Source: Elusimicrobia bacterium RIFOXYA2_FULL_47_53
GTDB lineage: Bacteria > Elusimicrobiota > Endomicrobiia > Endomicrobiales > XYA2-FULL-47-53
Assembly (NCBI GenBank): GCA_001800315.1
Contig: MGVE01000020.1
Coordinates: 30,641-94,640 of the forward strand
Direction of reading: 5' to 3'
DNA length: 64,000 nt
How positions within the stretch are numbered: position 1 is the first letter of the stretch; every line of letters starts with the position of its first letter. The translations under genes and the position numbers were made by a program. The notes below the pieces were generated by a model, which was not told the DNA's origin, did no database searches, and was given only the letters and a program-made list of their open reading frames with translations. Below, one piece after another: positions 36,601 through 42,600 of this stretch.

Positions 36601-39600
36601 TGTACTTAACCGGCCTCACGCTTACCGGCGTCGCGATAGCGATCATTGCGGCGGGTAATTATTTTACCGGAGGGGCATTGGCCGCTGTAACTTTGGGAGC
36701 ATTTGCCATTTTTAAAGGCAGAAACTTCCTTGTCGCCCGTTCGGAAAACTCCGCCAACGCAAAATTACTTGACCAGGGTATTAATGAACTGGCCGCGGAA
36801 ATAAAAAACAGTAATCCCGCTGTCAGCCTCGCCGCGAAGAAGGCCGTCGCTGGAATATTCGCGGCAAGAGCTTTAAAGGAAAATATTGATATTCAACAGC
36901 TGGCCGATATGCTGGGAGACGAGGCAGAGCTCGGCCCTGTATACGCCGCGATGGTGAACAGCGGGCAGATGAAAATTGAGGACCTCAAGGCTTTGCCTAA
37001 AAACGAGAAATGGCAGGTTCGCCGCGCGGCTGTTGCCGCGCTGGGTATTTACTACTCGGATAAAGACCCGAGAAAAGTGAAGTTTGCCGTTGGCGAAATA
37101 AGCGACATGCTCATTGACAAGAATAAGGAAGTGCGCGACTCGGCCGGCGAGTCTTTCGCGGCGCTGTTGGCAACATTGGTCAGGAACGGCAGAATGGAAA
37201 CATCGGCCCTGATCGCTACTTCCAGAGAAATAAGCGGATTGAGCATAATAGTGTCCGCTTCAATGGCGTCGGACGATACGAGCGGTTTTAAAAACGCGAT
37301 AGCTGACATGAAAAACTACAAAGAAGCTGTCAGGAAGAACAGCGGTTTGGATAGTTTGTTGCTCGGCAGCGGTTTTGAGTCAATGAATGACGATCTGGCC
37401 GCGGTAGCGTTCAGGGCTTATGGAATGCATCGCGCTTTAAGCCTGGCCTTAGCTCAGTTATATGCCGAGCAGGAAGCCGGCGGCGCCGATATAAATGTGG
37501 GCGTAGCCGAGAAAATAGTAAGAGACAACGGGTTTAATGCAGCCAATCCGGTAGGTTTGGATGCTTTATACGCCGCCATGGTTGCAAGAGGCCGCATGAC
37601 GATAGACGACCTTATGGCTATGAGAAACAGCGGGAAGCAATTACTTATTCGCGATGCCGGCAAGGCGCTTATAACCGTATTCGCCGATAAGGCTTCAAGA
37701 GGCGAAATTTCTTTCAACAGAGAAACAGGCGAGATAGGTGTTCCCGAAACTCTGGATAAAGCCTCGCTCGGGCCGGTGTACGCGGCTATGGCGCTCAGAG
37801 GCGATATTTCAACGGAATATCTCAGAGAGCTCGCGCAGAATAGCAAAACCCGCGCGGTTGCGCTGGAAGCCTTGGGTGTTGTGTACATGGATCTGGCCTC
37901 CCGAGTTGAGAAACCTGGCATTATTGACAGAGCTATTTCTTCCCAAAGAACCCCGGGCAGTTTCCTAAGCGGTTTTTTCACCCGCCGTGGTATAACTCGC
38001 GGCTCGCCTGAAGTTGTAAGTTTAACAAATGGGCAGAAGGCAGAATTATGGCGAGCGAAGGTATGGGGTAATATAGAGGCGAACCTGTCGCAGGAGGATA
38101 GTGAGTTTCAGAGGACAGTAAGAGATAATCTGAAGCACGCGATAGACCAGATAGCCGAGAACATGGCAAATGGCGAGGCTAATCCTGAGCTGGTCAACCT
38201 GAAGGTCAATGAGTATGACACAATAAAGCCGAGTGTGAAGGGAGACAGGCGAGTTGGAGCATTTGCGCTGGCCGGGAACCCGCTGCACTGGGGGCAGCTA
38301 GTAACGGCATTGGAAGCGATGGCGCAGAAGAAACTGGACAAGGTGGTATTTATATTACAGGGTCCTGGTGATCCGGACAAGCCGGAGATGGATGTGACAT
38401 TAAAAGAGCGGGCCGAGATGGGGCGCGAGCTTTTAAAGATATTTGAAGGGATATGCGAGGTATCAGAGGTATCGTACGCGACGCAGGGAAGGGGCGAGAA
38501 GACAGTATTTGACTTAAGCGAATGGAACCAGGGCGCGGTAGAAGGGAAAGGTAGTTTAACATTTGCGTATTTAGTTGGTAGCGACCACCAGCACTACTGG
38601 GCGCCGAAGGTGATAGAGGCGAATAAAAATAACCCTGAATTTTTCAATCAGAAGATAGAGGATTTGATAAAAGCGGATATAGCTGATAATCCGGATGCGC
38701 AGAAACGAGGTGATGGGAAGAGGTTTAACGAGCTTGATACGATAGGGAAGTTTGATTACAACCTTACGCAGTACGCGCAAGACTTAAAAAAGCGTGGGCA
38801 CGCGATGGAAGTGCATTTCAATGTGCGTCCCGGATTTGAGTCTGAGTATATGGATCAGGAGAAGACGAGGATAGAAGAGGTTGGCAGTAAATTCCAGTTT
38901 GCGTCGTTTGTGGGGCAGAGGTTTGAGGCGTCATCAACAGCGATAAGGAACTGGATAACGGGGAAGGCGAGCCCTGAGGCTGAGATAATACTACCGAAGA
39001 CGATAAAGAGGATGATAGAATCGGAGGCATACAAGCAGTATCGGGCTGTATTGTTCATGCTGGCATACATAAAGGATAAAGGCAAGGCGAATCCTGAGCT
39101 GAAGAAGGTGCCGCTTGTTGAGATGGCGCATCGTAAGATGATGCTTGACAGTATTGGTAAAGAGATAACGCCAGAGAACCTGTTGGCGGCTGAAACAACA
39201 AGCAAGGTAATTAATAATCAAAAAGGTTATATTTCACTCAAATTTAGTGTTGGGATTTTAAGTGCAACTATTGGTGTTTTGATTGGATTGCTATTAGGTG
39301 TACAGTATGGAGCGATAACATTTTTAATATCATATTTGACAATTTTGAGCTTTAGAAAAGCTTTGGATATGTCGATAAAAGTTTTATTCAATAAAAAATA
39401 TGACAAAAATCCAGCTGATAACTATAATGAAATTTCTGATGAGGAAAGAGCGCTGATTGTAGAATTAAACTGGCTAAAAGATAGAATTGCACGGGTAGAA
39501 CCAATCATAAAAAGAGTTGAAATTGAGGAAGGTGATTTTGAGCCAATATGGTGGACCCACCTTGAAATTAAAAAAGTAGTTGAAGAAAGTAATCCCGAGT

Positions 39601-42600
39601 ATTGGAGTTTAAGAAACGAAATAACCAGGGTAGAACAACTTTTAAATTCAGAAAGAGAAAAAAGAAAACAAAATATAAAGGCCGGAGCTACTTCAACCCT
39701 CAAGAGCATTTTCCTCGCGGCGGCGCTTAGCGCGACAATGCTTGTTGTTGGTTTTACTAATGCTCAGGCCGGACAGAATATGGCTAGCGGAATGCCCATG
39801 CCCGTCACGGCTTCGTCGGTGCAGTTAGAAACCAGAAGCGCGGTTTCCGCCATAGCGGACGCTTACAGGCAGTCTGAAGAATTGCCCGCGCCTATAATTG
39901 GCATGCAAACCTCAAAAATAAGGGAGGAATTATCCAGCCTGCTTGAGAACTGCAGAAATGATGTAATAAAGACTAAAATTAGCTCAGATGGCAAATTTTC
40001 TGAGAGACGGGTGACCGGCCGGATTAAAAATGTGAACGCAGTAGTAGAGAAGCTGTATGAGGAAATGCGAGTATCCGGCCACTTGGATACATATATGTTG
40101 CAGATGGATCCGGAAATAGCAAAGGCCCTAGTTTTGTATTCCATTGCCGATCCGGTTGATTATCAAGCGTGGAAGAATCAAAATATTACAATTGAAATGA
40201 AGGCCAATCTGGGAGGTATGGCCAGTACCGGCGGAGACGAGTTTGGCGGTTTCTATGGCAATCCTTCGGTATTTATTCGGAAGGACAATAATATCAACCC
40301 CTTTATGCTGTTTACGATGATGTTGCACGAGTTCTCACATGTTGAGGAATCTGCGGCTAACTTTATTGAATTCAACTGGAAATACAATCTTTATCAGGCT
40401 GCTCTGGACTTCGTCAGTGATGTGCGCCCCGAAGAAAAGAGGGCATTTACAAGAATGTATGATAAATTAAAAACACAATTTGGTATAGAAGTTACAAATG
40501 CGGATGATGCTCAAATGAACGCGCAGAGGTCAATGCTGTATAACAAATGGCCATTTGTATTAATAGGTATATTTAATAGTATTTCCTTTCAGCTGCTGCC
40601 GATGTTTTTACTGTTCAAAGCGGCGTCATTCATTTTCCGGGGCGGCAAAAAAAATTCAGGGAAAAACATAAACCAAGCCCGCAGGTTACAGGGAAGCCCG
40701 AGAGCCAGAGTAACTACACCTGAGCCGGAGTATGAGGCCGCTGTAAAACAGGTTGAGCGGGAAATAAGTGAAAATGGGTCGGTCACAAAACTTCCTGCTA
40801 CAAAATCCTCAAAGCAGACTCTTAGAAAGATGATGTTAAGCATTGTCTTCTCGGCGGCTTTGTCGGTAACTGTTTTTATGGCAGGGTTCGCGAGTGCCCA
40901 GACGAGGTTATGGAATAATATTCCGGTTGGAGATTTTGCCGGAGTTGACGCGAGTTTAGACAAAGAAATCGCTTACTACCTTGATACCATCGCGGCTCAA
41001 TACGAGGAGAACGACCTGAATCAGGTGCAGAGAATCAAAACTGGGAATATTCTTCCGGGAGATTTTGAAGCGCTAAATAAAAAACTGAATGAAGAAACCG
41101 CTAACTACCTTAAAGTAAAAGCGGCCGAATACGAACGGAACATTGTGGAACCAAAGGTAGTTGAAAGCGAAACCTGGGATAGTGCGACTATTATTGGTAA
41201 TAGTATAGCGGCAATAATATTTGCCATACTAACCCATCGCTTTTTTTTGAGACTTTATTGGGCATCCGTGAGGACATACTATTCCATTTATTATTGGAAT
41301 TATGATAGAAAAATTATTAACGGACTGGAAAAGCCGAAACTTGGTAAAAAATACACCTTTGAAGCTTGGGGGTATACTCCGGGGCTGCTGCTTCTGTTTA
41401 GTCAAATGATTGAGCGAGCTCCGGACCTCGCAGTTCCAACGGGGAGGTTTAGAGTTTGGCAGGAAACAATAGTTACTTTTGAAGAATTCGCAAAAAATAA
41501 CGGAGGATTAGTTTTATTGCGCGGACATGGCGGTTGGCGGGATTTTAGCGGCGAATACACCCTGATATTCGGCAACAGGACACATTTAAAATTTACTGTT
41601 GAGAATGAACATAATGTAAGGGTAAAATGTACGGTTTATCTGCATAAAGACCTGCATAATAAAACTCTGAATGATTTTGGAACTGATCTTCGCAGGAAAT
41701 TTAATTTGGCGAATAGCGGTTATAGTAGGAAATGGTGGCGCGGGAGATATTTTGACCCATTAATAATTGTGGCCCTTTCGTCTATTCTATCTGTCCCGGG
41801 CTTAGCTTACGCTTCAGCTAATGCAAGTGATACTAAAGTTTTTACTATCGCGGGATTATTGGCTGTTAGTGTTGGCGCGGTCGCTGAACTGGCTTCAAGA
41901 ATAAAATCAAAAAAGCTTGAAACAGTGGTAGATAACAGTAAGCCCGAACCACAACCAACCGACCCCTTGGACGCCGCGCAGAAAATGGTGCAAAACGCGG
42001 TAAGCCCCAAGGACGCCGCCGGTTTAATAACCAACAGCATAGCCGGCGACAAGAGCTGGGTCGCAAAAAATATTCCACAGATTGCAGGAAAGAATAATAT
42101 TCTTGTTTATATGCCGGAGAATATGTCTAATGCCCAGACTCTTGCCGCAGAGCGTTCTAAATTGGGAATTCAAACGATCTCTATTGGTCTTTTAACCGGA
42201 CAAGTCAAAAATGATGTGCCGCTTGACTTCCTTGGGCTGTTCCCGATAAGGATTAAAGATGGATATATGTCAGTCCAGGTTTATTTTTTCAAATCGCAGT
42301 CAGGCCTTGAGTTGTATGTTGCTCCGGCTGATAAAGCGTATGCGCATTCAGGAGTAGCTGTCGGCAATATGGCAATGGCGATAGTTAATGAGCTTAACGA
42401 CAATAAAGCCGCGACTATTCAATCAAAAGCAATGCTTTCGTCCGCGCTCGTGGCAATCGTCAATGAACTGAAAGACGGTTACCTGAAGGACCGCTTTAAA
42501 GGCCTCGGTTTTGGCGGCGAAGCCTGGCAGATAGAGCTTGACAGTGATAAGGAAATGCTTGCCACTCTTGATTCTCTTATCGTTGATTCAAGCATGAGAC

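Noticed and set aside
36173-38562. Long antisense ORFs inside the giant gene (e.g. 36173..36646, 37454..37981, 38108..38380, 38350..38562). The same applies to antisense ORFs inside ppdK (11587..12156), the MFS gene (23224..23712) and the NTP-transferase gene (46855..47529).
   Set aside because: They have no RBS, and their composition is Ser/Pro/Arg-rich low complexity. They are explained by codon bias of the sense strand, which carries clear domain motifs.
40230-40244. A second literal 'GGDEF' string in the giant protein (ASTGGDEFGGFYG).
   Set aside because: The surrounding sequence has none of the GGDEF-domain context: no D.D.FK.iND.yGH upstream and no SiG downstream. It sits in the HExxH module on the presumed periplasmic side, so it is most likely a chance pentapeptide.
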